The notes under the pieces: generated by a model
Databases searched by the model: none
Told to the model about the DNA's origin: nothing
Seen by the model: the letters and a program-made list of their open reading frames with translations, nothing else
Shown: piece after piece, positions 36,871 to 49,698 of the stretch
Layout of the letters: each line of letters opens with the position of its first letter
Position numbering within the stretch: position 1 is the stretch's first letter
Program-made: the position numbers and the translations under genes
Assembly: GCF_964355755.1 (NCBI RefSeq)
Contig: NC_092672.1
Location: 31,626,437-31,690,436, forward strand
Direction: 5' to 3'
Length of the DNA: 64,000 nt
DNA from: Antedon mediterranea
Lineage: Eukaryota; Animalia; Echinodermata

Positions 36871-38478
36871 CTGTAAATGAGAAAAGAAACACTGAATAAA
36901 CAACATTGATAATAACAACAGGACTACTCGAAGGATTCGGCAAAATGATCGAACAAAACTCAAGTAAACACCAATAAAACATTATTCAAATTTCTAGGCC
37001 CCTGACGAGAGTAAACCAGGAAAGAGTGAAATTCATTTCACCTTTACCCGATTAAACTTAGAAATTAATTGGCAATATCACCGGTTTTATTTTTTTTAGA
37101 TCGGAAAAGACAATTTCGTGTGGTCTTCATTATATTTTAAACCATATAGGCCTAATTATAATCCCTCATCTCCATCACACAATATGTTGCACGCGCGCGT
37201 TTAATAACGGATGATAACCAACGAGTATTGCACGCGCGCGTCGTAAAGTGACGCGTGACTACGGTAATTAGGAGAATGACTCATGAATACGTTTTCTATA
37301 ATTTTCTCACATATCCACTGTTTAAAATCTAATTTATTAATTTATCCTGTTTAAAAAACACTCTGGCTAATTGACGTCGCACAGCCGTTATTTAATCACT
37401 GAATTATATAACTGGAATTACTATTGAGTATAAAGAAAAAATAGGTCCTTGATTTAAACATAAACCTTGTTAATGGACATAATTACTTTGCATAATTATT
37501 TTTATTTCAAAGTACTGGTAGGATAAACAATCTTTACACAGTATTATATTTAGCACGTCCATCGAGGTACAGTATGCTAATGGTATTTGATCCGCGATTA
37601 AAGTGAAATTATCTTAGGCCTACGCGTGCAGATTTCAATTTGGTTTTTGTTTTTGTTGTTACAGACGAAATCAACACCGTCCAGTACCATGCTTTGCAAA
37701 ATGTTAGCATAACCTGAACACTATCGAATTAAGTTTAGCGGCAATATGTTTTTATTTAGGACTAATCGGGAACGGATGAAAACAAAAATCAGTTGGTGAG
37801 GTTGGTTGTGGTGGTGCGCAGAAGTTGGACAATCTATTACACGTCGTTCCCTAGTCTAGTCGATTCAACTTATATTTGTAAAAAACTATATATGTTGGCA
37901 CTCAACATGGCGTTTCATACGAATAATGCTCGAGCAAACAAAATGATTGATAAGACAACATTCGAAACGCCGCGCCGTCTGGTGGACAACAATATAAGAA
38001 CAGACTATAAATAGTGACTTGGGGAAAGTCAGTCCTCCTCAGGCCCATAATGAGTACAGTAAATGCCAATTTACTTAACCCAGGGAGTTGTTACAACTCC
38101 CTGCTTAACCATATCAATTAACCATATATGGACCGGGTGACACGGGTTCAATAGACTTTCTACATCCGGGTTTTGCTCGAATGGGGGTAACACCACCGTA
38201 CATTTTGGTAACAAGCGACTGATTCAAATTAACAACTGTAACGCAGACAATACGTACCAGGAAATCAAACATTTGCACAATACACTAAGGAACAAAATGC
38301 AATACAAAAGTAGAGACAAGTGAAATGGAATCATGCATAAAAATGTACAAAGGGAAAGAAGGGGATGATTGAACATGGAGGATTTAAATAAGTAATTATG
38401 AATGCACCTACACGTTCCAATCAACAAATATGATAGGCCTACAAAAATGCAATATATATAATGTTCATTGCCTAATGT

Positions 38479-38481
<3 letters not shown>

Positions 38482-38524
<43 letters not shown>
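38482..38524. repeat. (TA)n microsatellite
   Basis: About 21 TA units directly flanking the tRNA-bearing repeat. Confidence 0.95.
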
Positions 38525-38527
<3 letters not shown>

Positions 38528-38613
38528 TTCTAAACCGCCCGGTGATATACTGAAATTTAATTAATTAATTTGAAACGATAAAGATGAGGAAATCTGTGAG
38601 AATGAGAAAAAGT

Positions 38614-38685
38614 CGCCCCAACCGAGACTCGAACTCGGACCGCCTGCTTGATATGCAGATGTCCTAACCATTAGACCACTGGGGC
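38614..38685 (-). tRNA. tRNA-Asp(AUC)-like cloverleaf embedded in a repeat (tRNA gene or tRNA-derived element)
   Basis: 72 nt; all four stems pair (GCCCCAG/TTGGGGC, GTCT/GGAC, TCTGC/GCAGG, CCGAG/CTCGG); A and B boxes; anticodon ATC; G73; TTTTT two bases downstream. Its 3' part and flank recur at 45011-45124. Confidence 0.5.
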
Positions 38686-40204
38686 TTTCATGGTATTGTT
38701 CGAACTCGATTGGATAACGACTCTTTAACATTATATATATATTTGTAGACCAGTCCGTAGATTGTGTAAACTCCACTTCGATTCATTTTGGTGAACCCAC
38801 CCGTAGATATTTTAACTCTTTTCTATATGAAATAGAAACCAAATAAATAGGCAGAGAAACAGTACTATATTAATCAATATTGATTACTGTATATATTAAA
38901 ATGTTATGGTAACAGCTGTCCTCTATGAAATTATACATAGGTAGGCCATCACAACATAACCACAAATTACATGTTATGAGTCAATTGTACTTATAACATA
39001 AACAAATAATTAATACGATTTAATACTTTTAATAGAACATTATTATTGTTAATATTTTGTATTTTTTGGAATGTTTTTGTACCGTCTTTATCATATACCA
39101 TGGAGGTATAAAAAAGTCATTCTTTTTTATACACTCCATGCATATACATACAATAATCATTGATTGTTTAGAATATGAATGTTCATCTTTGCACGATCTA
39201 CTGTTTTGTTGTACAGAATATGGATTCTATCTATATTATATTCCATCCATTTCTATGTTGGACCTATCAATTTCTGTTTGGCTTTTGGCCCCTGGTTTTA
39301 TCTGTGGCAGCTTGCCGAGAGTTGTTTATGATTTTAATCATTTCATTTCACTGAAGTGTTTTTCTCATATCTATTTATTGGCCTATTATACAGAATATAA
39401 AATAATATAAGTATTTTCACTGTACTTGCGTCAACAACACGTACGATTGGATATTGGTTTTATACGCATATAAACACATAACATAATAAAAATTGATTTA
39501 TAAGCGAATTGTCAACCAAGACCTTTAATTTAATGCGAATAATCTCTTTTAGGATTCAATATTTCTAACTTCAATTGTATTTTTTGCGAACGAGATGACC
39601 TCCCACTAATATACTTATAGGTCTATTTATTACTATAGGACACGTTTTCGAAATAAAAATTGATTGATTCTATATATCGTGTGATCGTTTTGTACATTAA
39701 TCCAATTTTAGATGCTTTGGCATTGCATGTATGTATTGTATAGTTAATCGTAAACACAGGCATTTAGGTATAAAGTAAATTGCGAACACTTTATAATGCC
39801 AGTACAATTTAGAAATACAATTTGCAATGAAAGAAATTATTATTCTTCCAAACTTGATGCATAATGCATCCATGCAATACTGTTCACCTAAAGACATCCG
39901 GCAGCGTAGACCACATTTAATTGGTCATATAAAAACACATTCAAAAATACTTGATATGGGCCTAAATGTCATTTTTTCCCTGCTGACTGTGAATTCATAT
40001 TTGCATGTATACATGCAAATATATACCCAATATATATACCCAATTCTAAGGGAAAGAATATTTGTTTTTTTCAGGTGCTAGACTTATATGAAAATTAAAG
40101 ATACGGTAGAACCAACTATTAAGGAGACATATTAATCTCAAATTTCCTCGTGAGACGAACGAAGGTGGCCACTCGCTACTTATGGGACACTTTTGTAGTA
40201 TTAA

Positions 40205-40549
40205 AGATGTATTGTCCCACAAAAACATGAAAAATGAAGATTAATTAAGTCAGATTTTAAATAGGTTATTTTGTAGTAAGTTTTAATAAATTCCGTAGAA
40301 AAAAAACCCTTACAAAATAATGTTTTCACTTATAAAATAACATAATAAATGGTTAAATTCAAACAAGAATCCATTGACTGGCAGCCAATTTGACCATTTT
40401 GAATTGTTTGCTCTAAATTACATTTTTTCAGGTATATACATTTTTTGTAAATCCAATTTTTGGTCAAAGTGGATAACTATTATGTGACACTAAAATGGCA
40501 TATTAAAAAAAAAAATTGCTAAATTATTTTTCAGGGGGACAATATATCT
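40205..40549. mobile_element. Non-autonomous DNA transposon with TTAA TSD (Kolobok-like)
   Basis: TTAA|AGATGTATTGTCCC..GGGACAATATATCT|TTAA. Confidence 0.7.
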
Positions 40550-41430
40550 TTAAGTTGGTAACGAAGCTGGCCCCTAGATAGAATTCTATACTTGTTGTCT
40601 TATAAACTACATCAATGTTCAATGAAATGCCATTTTAATAAACAAAAACGAACTAGCTGGTGGCTAATAATACACTCGCTGACGTCTTGTAAATTAAATT
40701 GCACATCGGCGATTTCTAAATACAGGATTTTGGATTATTTTTTAATCTCTTCATTGCTAAAGATCAACGGATTAAATTAAAAATCCACAATAATTCGTTG
40801 TAAGAATAACATTAGATATACAACATTTCAATAGTAAATGGCGTACTAATCTTGTACACAAAATTATTTAATAAAAAGATTAATATAGCTTTATTGACAT
40901 ATTTAGTAGGACGGTATACATACTTGTTGTTTTCATATACATACTCCTTTTTGTTATACATGGTTAGTATACAGACGATTGGGTCAAATGTCACACAATA
41001 TTTGGAATATATTTAATTATACGTCATGGAGGTAAAAGTTACACTCATTTGGCGTTTAAATTAATCATTTCTTTGTATCCAAAAGAAATAAAAATCATAG
41101 GGCCTATAGATGCTAAAAAATAAATATATTCAGTTTTTATATTGGTTCTATTACAACGAATGTTCAATTTTTAATTCAATTTTTAAAATAAAATCAGTTA
41201 AGGGGACATCAATAACTACAAACAATCAACCTTTTCAGATTATAAACACCTGTATATCCAAGGCTTTGACCGCGAATCAATAAAAACAGTGTTGATTTAT
41301 GATTTATATATATACGCCTACGGTGTTGACACCTTCTATGTTCCATATACAGTACTGTAGGTACTATAGTCAAATTACTATGCCTAATGAAAACAATGGA
41401 CTACTAATTCATCCATGAATAAACAATACC

Positions 41431-41461
<31 letters not shown>

Positions 41462-42182
41462 TCAATTGAATGGGTTAAATAGTTCTGTTTTTAATGTTTT
41501 ACCTAGCTAACTGGCAGCTCATGACTAAACTTATACATTCACACGGCAGACGCCGTTTTACATTCTTTTTATTATTAATAATGATTTCCCACAACAACAA
41601 AAAACCGCCCTTTTCCGTTTGGTGATACGGAACAAAATGTATTAACGAGCCTCGTTTTCCTTTCCGTGATACGAAACAACGCGAGCCCCACATGTGAGAC
41701 AGCACACGTTAAAATGATGCATTGCAAATATTACCAACTGCTTATTCATCTACCATGAAATATCATATAACGACCGTTAAAAAGAATCGCTAGATATTAA
41801 ATTCTAAATTAAACGATTTATGCACAGCGGCAACAAACAAAGGTAAATACAATACTGGTCTTAAACTATAACACGGATTGTAAATACGACATCATTTTGT
41901 TATTAATAATTATATATTTCTATATTATTTAAATTATTAATATTAATAATACAGTAAAACTCCTCTTTTTGGGACACTTTCTGTCAATTGAACGAAGAGT
42001 AATATAATAATCACTACGGCCACATCCGATGGTGTACTCTTAATCAAATAGGGTTTCTGACTTATAAACCGTTCAAAAGAAGAATGGTCTATTAAAGCAG
42101 GGAAGAGTGACTATTCCCTGATTAAAGAAACAGTATTCAACGCACCTCATGCAAAACGAAAGTATGTCAATTCTGGTCAAAT

Positions 42183-42423
42183 GTCCGAGCGGTTAATTAG
42201 GCAGGGGCACCGTTTTCTCCTAGTTCTGGTGGTGAAACAAGTCTTCTCGGATAAGGACTATAAGCCGTAGGTCCAGTGTACACAGTTTGTACATGTTCAC
42301 TTTAAAGAACTCAGTTAATTATTTCGAAACAAGTATAGGGTTACCCCGGTGAACTGGTTCACAAATAGCCCCTTTTCAGGAGGATTACCACCTATCTGAT
42401 AAGACAGTGATTAATTTACTATA
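42183..42423 (+). mobile_element. Deu-domain SINE (partially deleted tRNA head)
   Basis: tcttctcggataaggactataa.ccgtaggtcc..tttaaagaac..ttcgaaac.agta..gggttaccccggtg core, as in 57630-57960. Confidence 0.75.
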
Positions 42424-43565
42424 TTTTAATCCGTGGGCAAATGTGCCTAAATACATATAATAAAATGATAAACATGAAATTTGGAAAATATTAATATCTA
42501 TAATGTTCAAGAGGCCCTAGAATACACTACAGTAGCTTCCTTTGAAAACCAACAAAGTCAAGGTCGCTGACTCCAATCGAAACAAGTGTAAACAGAACAT
42601 ATAGGTCACAGTACGTGTTAGGAGGAAGAAAGGGGCTTGCGAAGGTAAAAGAGTTCATGAAAATAATACTTAAGAGGAAGTAGGAATCAATAATACACTC
42701 ATAATTGAATACCTATACCTATTGTATGATGTAGGTATTTCATGCATTGTCGAATCTGTATTTACTGTATAGTACTTACTTTCGAAAAACAGTATCCTAC
42801 GAAGATGGAGGTCAACAAATCTACTACCAACGGTTATGTCTCAAAACAAACGCTTTATTGTTTCGGTAACTAAAGTGACTGAGGTATGTTTCTACGATAA
42901 AACTGCGTTCACATTGTAACATTCAATAAATCAGATCCATTCAGCAGACGAGTATTCCAAACGCCACTCTTCTACAGTAAATTACTTTCCAACTATCTAT
43001 GATCGACTGATATCAAAACACGCGTGGTGTAGACCTACTTTCGTTTTCTGCTGATAGCCAAATAAGGTATGCCTTAATTAAACGTATTAACTGTCCGTAA
43101 AAATAACACCGCGTTCACATTAGTAACATTAAAGTAACTCACCCGTTCAGACAAGTATCATAAACACAAATTACTGTATAATGAACTCTATAGCTGAATA
43201 TTAAAACATCGTCATTGTGCGTAATCCAACTAAATTCAGCGAACAACCACGACTACCAGCCTCGAATTTCATGGATTAACGATGGAGGACAAAAGAATCG
43301 CGCTAAATGATATACCATTGGAGGAGGCGGTACTATTACTAAAGTGACGTCACCTATTTTGTCAGGCGATAGATAACGGGATAATACAACACAATAAATC
43401 AATATTTTGGGTAGTTTGTTTGTCATTGGGTGTATTTTATTTATGTATTGGTCACTGTTCCGGGAAACTTGTTACCACAACCTGTTCGTACAGATGCGGG
43501 ACATGGTATTACCAGGGAACTCCCTGGTATTACGCTGTGTAACCTTACGTAGTGACAAATTGTAA

Positions 43566-43735
43566 AGCTGTCTACACTATCAAACTGTACGTGACAACAA
43601 AATGTGATGTGCCCATATATGGACATGATGATGTCATATCACTACTATATTTGGGCATATCACTACCATATTTGAGCACATAACACTTTTTTGTTAAACC
43701 TGTAGGCCTAGTTTGATACGGATGTAGACAGAGCT
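43566..43735. mobile_element. MITE family A copy (Tourist/PIF-Harbinger-like)
   Basis: AGCT(CT)GTCTACAC..GTAGACAGAGCT termini with TAA/TAA TSD. Confidence 0.8.
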
Positions 43736-43887
43736 TAACGTCATGGATGATAGCAATAGACACACTGCACACTGACTGTCAGGAAACAATAGAATGTTTA
43801 AACTAATGAAAGTACAAACTAAAACCACAACATATTGCGTTACTTTGATTATTTTCATGTACTTGGATTATGCAAAACATTGAGTTA

Positions 43888-44046
43888 AGCTCTATCTACA
43901 CAATCAAACTAGCTTGACAAAAAAGTGTAATGTGCCCAAACATGGTAGTGATATGCCCAAATATAGTAGTAATGACATCTTAATGTCCATATATATAGGC
44001 ACATCACATTTTTTGTCACATAAAGTTTGATAGTGTAGACAGATCT
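43888..44046. mobile_element. MITE family A copy
   Basis: Same TIRs; TTA/TTA TSD. Confidence 0.8.
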
Positions 44047-44250
44047 TTATGTTCCCCGTATTTTGATCTGTGTTCACAATAATTTATTTTCTCGGAACAT
44101 TTCTAAAAAATCAAGAAGAAATAGCCTATATTGAGTAATTTTAATCAATTAATTGTGGGTTTGTGTCCCACGTATTTGAGTTGGTATTGTGTTATACGAT
44201 ATTTTGTTACCTCGAAATATTAAATTAAAAAGTCAATTATTTAATAATAT

Positions 44251-44655
44251 CTAAAATCAAATAAAAAACATCATATAGATCAATAACCTTTTTGTGACGT
44301 AAAACAATTTGGAACCAATCATAAAAATTAAAATCCAATTTTTTAATAATATCAAAATTCAAATAATAAACATAATATAGATCAATACACTTTTTGTGAC
44401 GTAAAACATTCGGAAACCAATCATAAATCAGGAATCGATTTCTTTATGTAATGTTTATAATCAAATAAAAAACATCATATAGATCAATACACTTTTTGTG
44501 ACGTAAACATTCGGGAACCAATCATAAATCAGGAATCGATTTCTTTATGTAATATTTATAATCAAATTAAAAACATCATATAGATCAATACACTTTTTGT
44601 GACGTAAACATTCGGGAACCAATCATAAATCAGGAATGTTCGATTTTCTTTATGT
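44251..44655. repeat. ~101-bp tandem repeat, 4 copies, each with TGACGTAA and AACCAATCA
   Basis: Unit aatcaaataaaaaacatcatatagatcaatacactttttgtgacgtaaacattcgggaaccaatcataaatcaggaatcgatttctttatgtaat. Confidence 0.9.
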
Positions 44656-45010
44656 ACTATTTATGTAATCTTTGTGCCTTGTGGTACTTTTCGACCAATA
44701 TTGTTAAATGAAGAATTTTATATTTTGATAAATCACATAGTACATTATTGGACAGAGACCATAAAGAACATAATTCTCTTTCTATGCTTCGGTTATGGAC
44801 CTATAAATTAGTAGGTCCATGCTTCAGTTATATTCTGTTTTTTCAAAACTCAGTAAAATGCCAAATTCGATTGGAAGTAGATGTAGGTGGTGTTATCATG
44901 GTTTCTTTTATTCAACTTCTCACTAATTTAAGTGCATAATTAAACAGAAAAGAAAAACACATATTAGTGAAGGTAAAAACGGTCCAGTAGTCCCAATTGC
45001 ACAATGAAAA

Positions 45011-45124
45011 AGTATTCGATTCTCGGTTGGGGCGACTTTTTCTCATTCTCACAGATTTCCTCATCTTATCGTTTCAAATTAATTACTTAAATTTCAGTGT
45101 ATCATCGATCGGTTTAGAATTAAT
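45011..45124 (+). repeat. 5'-truncated copy of the tRNA-bearing repeat at 38524-38685
   Basis: ttcga.tctcggttggggcgactttttctcattctcacagatttcctcatctt..ggtttagaattaat matches the reverse complement of 38524-38635. Confidence 0.85.
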
Positions 45125-45541
45125 GTTCTTTGCCTGTTGTGTTAAAATTATAATAAATATATATAACGGCCTAGGCCTACATATAGCATATATACTGTAG
45201 ATATCATATTAAAGAAATAAGTGATCGTAACAAAACAAACTTAAGCTAACGTCATCAGTGACGTAGCAATATTATAAAGGGGTTGTTCACGTTTGATTTA
45301 TTGGATGTGCTACGGAATTACTATTACGTAAGAGTATAAACATTTGAACTGACCAAACGTCTGATAACACCACCTGACAAATTCTTTAAGTAACTGTTTA
45401 TTTATCACATGATAAGCTTACCAAATCCGGTTGGTCGACATTCTTTTGGTTTTTTTTATTAGAAGGCATGTACAAAACAGTATCAATATTCTTTTGTAGG
45501 TATTGCTGTTTGTAACCAACATACGATCTTAAGCTCAGAGA

Positions 45542-46007
45542 GGCTCTGTCTACACTATTAAACTTTTATGTGGCCAAAAATTTAATGTGCTCATATATGG
45601 ACACGATGATGTCATATCATTACCATATTTAAACATATCACTACCATATTTAAACATATCACTACCATATTTAAGCATATCACTATCATATATGGGCACA
45701 TCATTTTTTGTCAAACTAGTTTGATACTTGTTACTTGTTTGCATAGCTATCCCCATTATTGGGGACATTTCGCCGTCATTGACATTATGTTGACATAGCA
45801 CAACAATGAGAGACGTTAATTTTGATGAGAAGGTCATGGAACACTAATTAATTTTAAAAACAACTAAAAACCTGGGACCTGTAACCCTTGGTAGGGACCC
45901 TGACGGGTACTCTCCCTCCGGGTCAAAGGGATCCCGAAACTCATCGGTGGGCAGGGGCGCTCATCTCCCTGTTCAGGACTATTCCTGATGATAGTGTAGA
46001 CAGAGCA
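45542..46007. mobile_element. MITE family A copy interrupted by a 262-bp insertion (45727-45988)
   Basis: Right TIR split at TGATA, which is duplicated on both sides of the insert; internal 21-bp repeats. Confidence 0.8.
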
Positions 46008-46185
46008 TAAGTCTATTTTGTCAAAAATGTCAGGTGTGTATTAAAATATCTCGCATAGAGAAGGGGCCGTAGGCCTAGATACAAAAATGAATATGTATCA
46101 ATCAGTAACACTCAGGGTGTAGAAACTCAAATCTAGGAACTCGGATCTCAGATCTCAGATATACTGTATCAGAGTTTTCTAGACA

Positions 46186-46300
46186 CCTTTGCATTTCCCT
46201 CAGAATTTATCAGGAATTGCGTAAAATGGTATGCTAACATACCACGAGACAAGAATCATAACGGTAACTCGTTTTGTAGTCTGAAATTGACGGTATTTCA
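46186..46300 (-). pseudogene. 115-bp orphan fragment of the H3-like GPCR (ICL2-TM4) between small MITE ends
   Basis: Translates KYRQFQTTKRVTVMILVSWYVSIPFYAIPDKF*; collinear with 27303-27417. Confidence 0.85.
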
Positions 46301-46975
46301 TATATCTTAGATCTGAGTTTTCACCCCACTAATTAAGAAATATCGAACTCGAAGATTTTATTAACACATTTTTTTTAAATTAGTTTGCTTTAACGCTTTT
46401 CTGGGGGAATAAATTAAGTCGAACCCATTTTTGATTGAGAGACTTTGTCATTTTGACGGTGTATTAAACGCCAATCACGATATAGCCAATTTTACCGGAC
46501 TACGCGATTGTAAAGTGTGTCCTCGCAGATTAAAGTGTGTTCTCGCAGATAAAAGCGTTGTTGACACAAAACTATTATACCGTAGATAGAAACTAAATTG
46601 ATATTTGTATAGTGATTGTTCAGTCCTAATTCACTTTCAGTTTTTAAAGTTAATTTTGTACTTAAAATTGTTTTTAAAAGTCACTTACCATAATCACAAA
46701 GATATGTAGTATCTCTATAATGGTATTTTATCATTGACCTTGTATAGGCTTATATAACATAGTCACAGTAATGTAATCTCTAGTAGGCTTAATGTAATAA
46801 TTGTACATACTGTAGTATAATAGAATATGGAATGCAATTAAAATGTTTGAAAAATGTTTTAAGTTATTTTAACCCACAAGGTCGTCAAAGATGCAATTTT
46901 AAATAGATATTCTATCGAAGCAAAATATTCAGAGTTTTGATCTCGATTCAGTCAAACAGTGATGGTTTACACTAA

Positions 46976-47087
46976 AGCTCTGTCTACACTATCAAAAAAG
47001 TGTCATGTGCCCAAATATTGTAGTGATATGACGTCATCATGTCCATATATGGCACATCACATAAAGTTTGATAGTGTAGACAGAGCA
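46976..47087. mobile_element. MITE family A copy
   Basis: agctctgtctacactatcaaa..tttgatagtgtagacagagc. Confidence 0.8.
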
Positions 47088-47214
47088 TTAGATGGTTCAC
47101 CGTTTAGAACACGGAGGAATAGACATTTTCTCTCGATTCGACGTAATCAATTTACGCAACGTAATTAATTTACGTAAAGTAACGTAATTAATTTACCTAG
47201 CGTAATTCATTTAT

Positions 47215-47515
47215 TAATAATTTCACTCTTCTCTGATCGTAATTTCACTCTTCCCTGATCGTAATTTCACTCTACCGGTCCTGATCATAATTTCACTCTT
47301 CCCTGATCGTAATTTCACTCTACCGGCCCTTATCGTAATTTCACTCTACCGGTCCTGATAATAATTTCACTCTTCCCTGATCGTAATTTCACTCTACCGG
47401 CCCTTATCGTAATTTTACTCTTCCCTGATCGTAATTTCACTCTACCCTGATTGTAAGTTCATTCTTCCCTGATCGTAATTGCACTCTTCCTTGATCGTGA
47501 TTTCACTCTTCCCTG
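47215..47515. repeat. 22-26-bp minisatellite (cgtaatttcactcttccctgat variants)
   Basis: About 13 head-to-tail units. Confidence 0.9.
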
Positions 47516-48359
47516 TGTAAAGAGTGTAAAAACAAACAAAAAACGTTTGTAAATGATGATAGCTTACCCCTTTTACTTCAGGAAAATTCTTACTTCAGTG
47601 ACGTGAATCTGATGAGATGTCTGAACTTGCTCCAGCCACTCTCTTTGTCTGCGGTGGCCCTCCCTCTGTCTTCTAATTGCGGTTCAGTGTGACGTTATCT
47701 TTATGAGATTTACGCGTGTTTAATTCTGAGTACGTGAGTGTTTCGAACTCCCACTCTTTATCCAGGATGGTCCAGTAAAACATAGATGAATAAAAATACT
47801 AGTTACTAGAAAAGATAAAAACTAAATTTACCATGCTATTGACCAATCATGTGTATGTAATTATTTAGTGTTCCAACGGGTTATTCCATTAAAACATAAG
47901 GGTGTGTAATGTACCAAATTTAGTATATTGATGTACTTCACACAGCTAGGCCTATCACTGACCGTACTGGTGTCTACTATCAATAAATAGACTAATCCAT
48001 GATATTGTTTTATTTCCGATAACGATTACTAATTGTATATTAATGTATGACCTTGATATATACCAGAATTTATATTCTAAGAAATTTAATGTTTATTTTT
48101 ACATACAAAATAAACTTAATAATAGTTTTTGCAGGATCTACAACCCACATGTTAATTTATTTGTAAACAATAATTAAATCATCCCACCAAGAAGAAACAG
48201 TTTCCCCGATTTCTTAAATATAATTTTTCTGGCTGGTTTTATTATCGTTATTAATTTAACTTTCATATTTATACAGTATTTAAGTTGGCCTAGAGTGTAT
48301 TTGGCACTACCAATACGTGTTCAGTAAAAAAGGGACGTATACTGTAAAAAATGGCAAAT

Positions 48360-48613
48360 GGAGCTGTAGCTTGGTGGTTAACGTGCTTGCCTTCCAATCC
48401 CAAGGTCCCGGGTTCAATCCTGACCAAGTGCAGGGTTGTAACTCATGACTCTTTCAACTCCACTCCCTAAGCCTCAAATGAGACTTAGTTTATAAGCACG
48501 ATAAATTATTAAATAGTTTATCCATCCTGTAATTGGCGAGTTACTCGCTGTTGGATGAGTATGAATAAAAAAAAAAAAAAATAAAAAAAAAAATAAAAAA
48601 TAAACAAAAATAA
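48360..48613 (+). mobile_element. tRNA-derived SINE with poly(A) tail
   Basis: A box TAGCTTGGTGG, B box GGTTCAATCC, unrelated body, A-rich tail; related copy at 54712-54892. Confidence 0.8.
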
Positions 48614-49521
48614 AGACGGTCCCGAAGTTGCTGAACTAGGAATATTAACTACAGATCTCCGATTTTTGATCGAGCATCGCCTAAAACACATGATCTAAAA
48701 TAGAGTATGTAGGCCTATTATATAACGCAACAAAAACTACACTATTTGGTGGCTTGGATAATACTATAAAAGCTCTCTACACTATCAAACTTTATGTGAT
48801 AGACATGATGATGTCATATCATACCTACTTATTAGGCCTACTTAACTTATTTCTCCAGTCTAAACTAAAATAAACGTATTTAGTAGTATTTTTATATTAC
48901 TGTACCTCATTAACAGCAACAATTTGAAGACATTTCACTCCATTTATCAGCACTATTTCGTGTTTTTGCCAGACGTCCACACAGGGAATAAAAACAATAC
49001 ACCGGAAAAAGTGATGGTGGAGATCCTTTAGATAATCCATTTAAGTACACTAAAGCGAAAACAATTCTCGCGAACAGGCGTCATTCATAGGAGTGGTAAT
49101 AATAAATATATCCATAAATGATTTATTAATTAAGCGACACACCTCCTGCTATACAATTAATTATCCGCTCTCCTGTTTATAGAACAAGTCGTAATTTAGT
49201 ATCCAGTTCTGTTTTGTAATATTGCAAGAGGTAGGACATTGTGGAGGGTTTTATAGAAGCCTAAATTCGTTGGTTCACTTTTTTCACGCTCTCCAATTTG
49301 AAGTTACGATATGATGCCAAATCGTTAGGTCTTTCCTGGCACTTTAACATTTTTTTTAAAGTGCTGTATTGCGTAATCACAAGTGGGAACCGAAGACGCA
49401 ATAGTGCTGTAAACATCGCAGGTTTGATTTCACGTAGGTGGGGGCAAACACAATTATTAGAAGGGCATTTTCTTACATTGCGTAGATTGCGTTACGTTGC
49501 GCTATTGGGAGCCATGCTTTA

Positions 49522-49698
49522 AGCGTGGTTCCCACTAGCGACGCAACACAAGGACGTAACGCAACGCAAGTGAATTGACCAATCACAAGCGATGGCTTAT
49601 TCGCTTGTGATTGCTAACTGTCTATAACTTCGCTTGTCATTGGTTAAAACGCTGGCGTTGCGTTTACGTCCTTGCGTTACGTTAGTGGGAACCAAGCT
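49522..49698. mobile_element. Palindromic MITE family B (Tourist-like)
   Basis: AGC.TGGTTCCCACTA..TAGTGGGAACCAAGCT with TTA/TTA TSD; partial copies at ~7205-7273, ~25075-25168 and ~34712-34820. Confidence 0.85.

Noticed and set aside
36871-36963. Hydrophobic N-terminal extension of ORF 35479-36963 as a signal peptide
   Set aside because: Starts at TTG and runs through a polypyrimidine tract and AG acceptor; most likely intron.
36998-37032. Hammerhead ribozyme (CTGACGAG..GAAA)
   Set aside because: No stem II complementarity between the core halves.
45895-45945. Hammerhead core (CTGACGG..CGAAAC) or a minus-strand SECIS in the insert
   Set aside because: The core lacks the conserved A9 and a clean stem II; there is no GA quartet partner for a SECIS.
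48360-48430. Functional tRNA gene
   Set aside because: Acceptor and anticodon stems do not pair; it continues into a repeat body and poly(A), so it is a SINE head (likewise 54712 and 57630).
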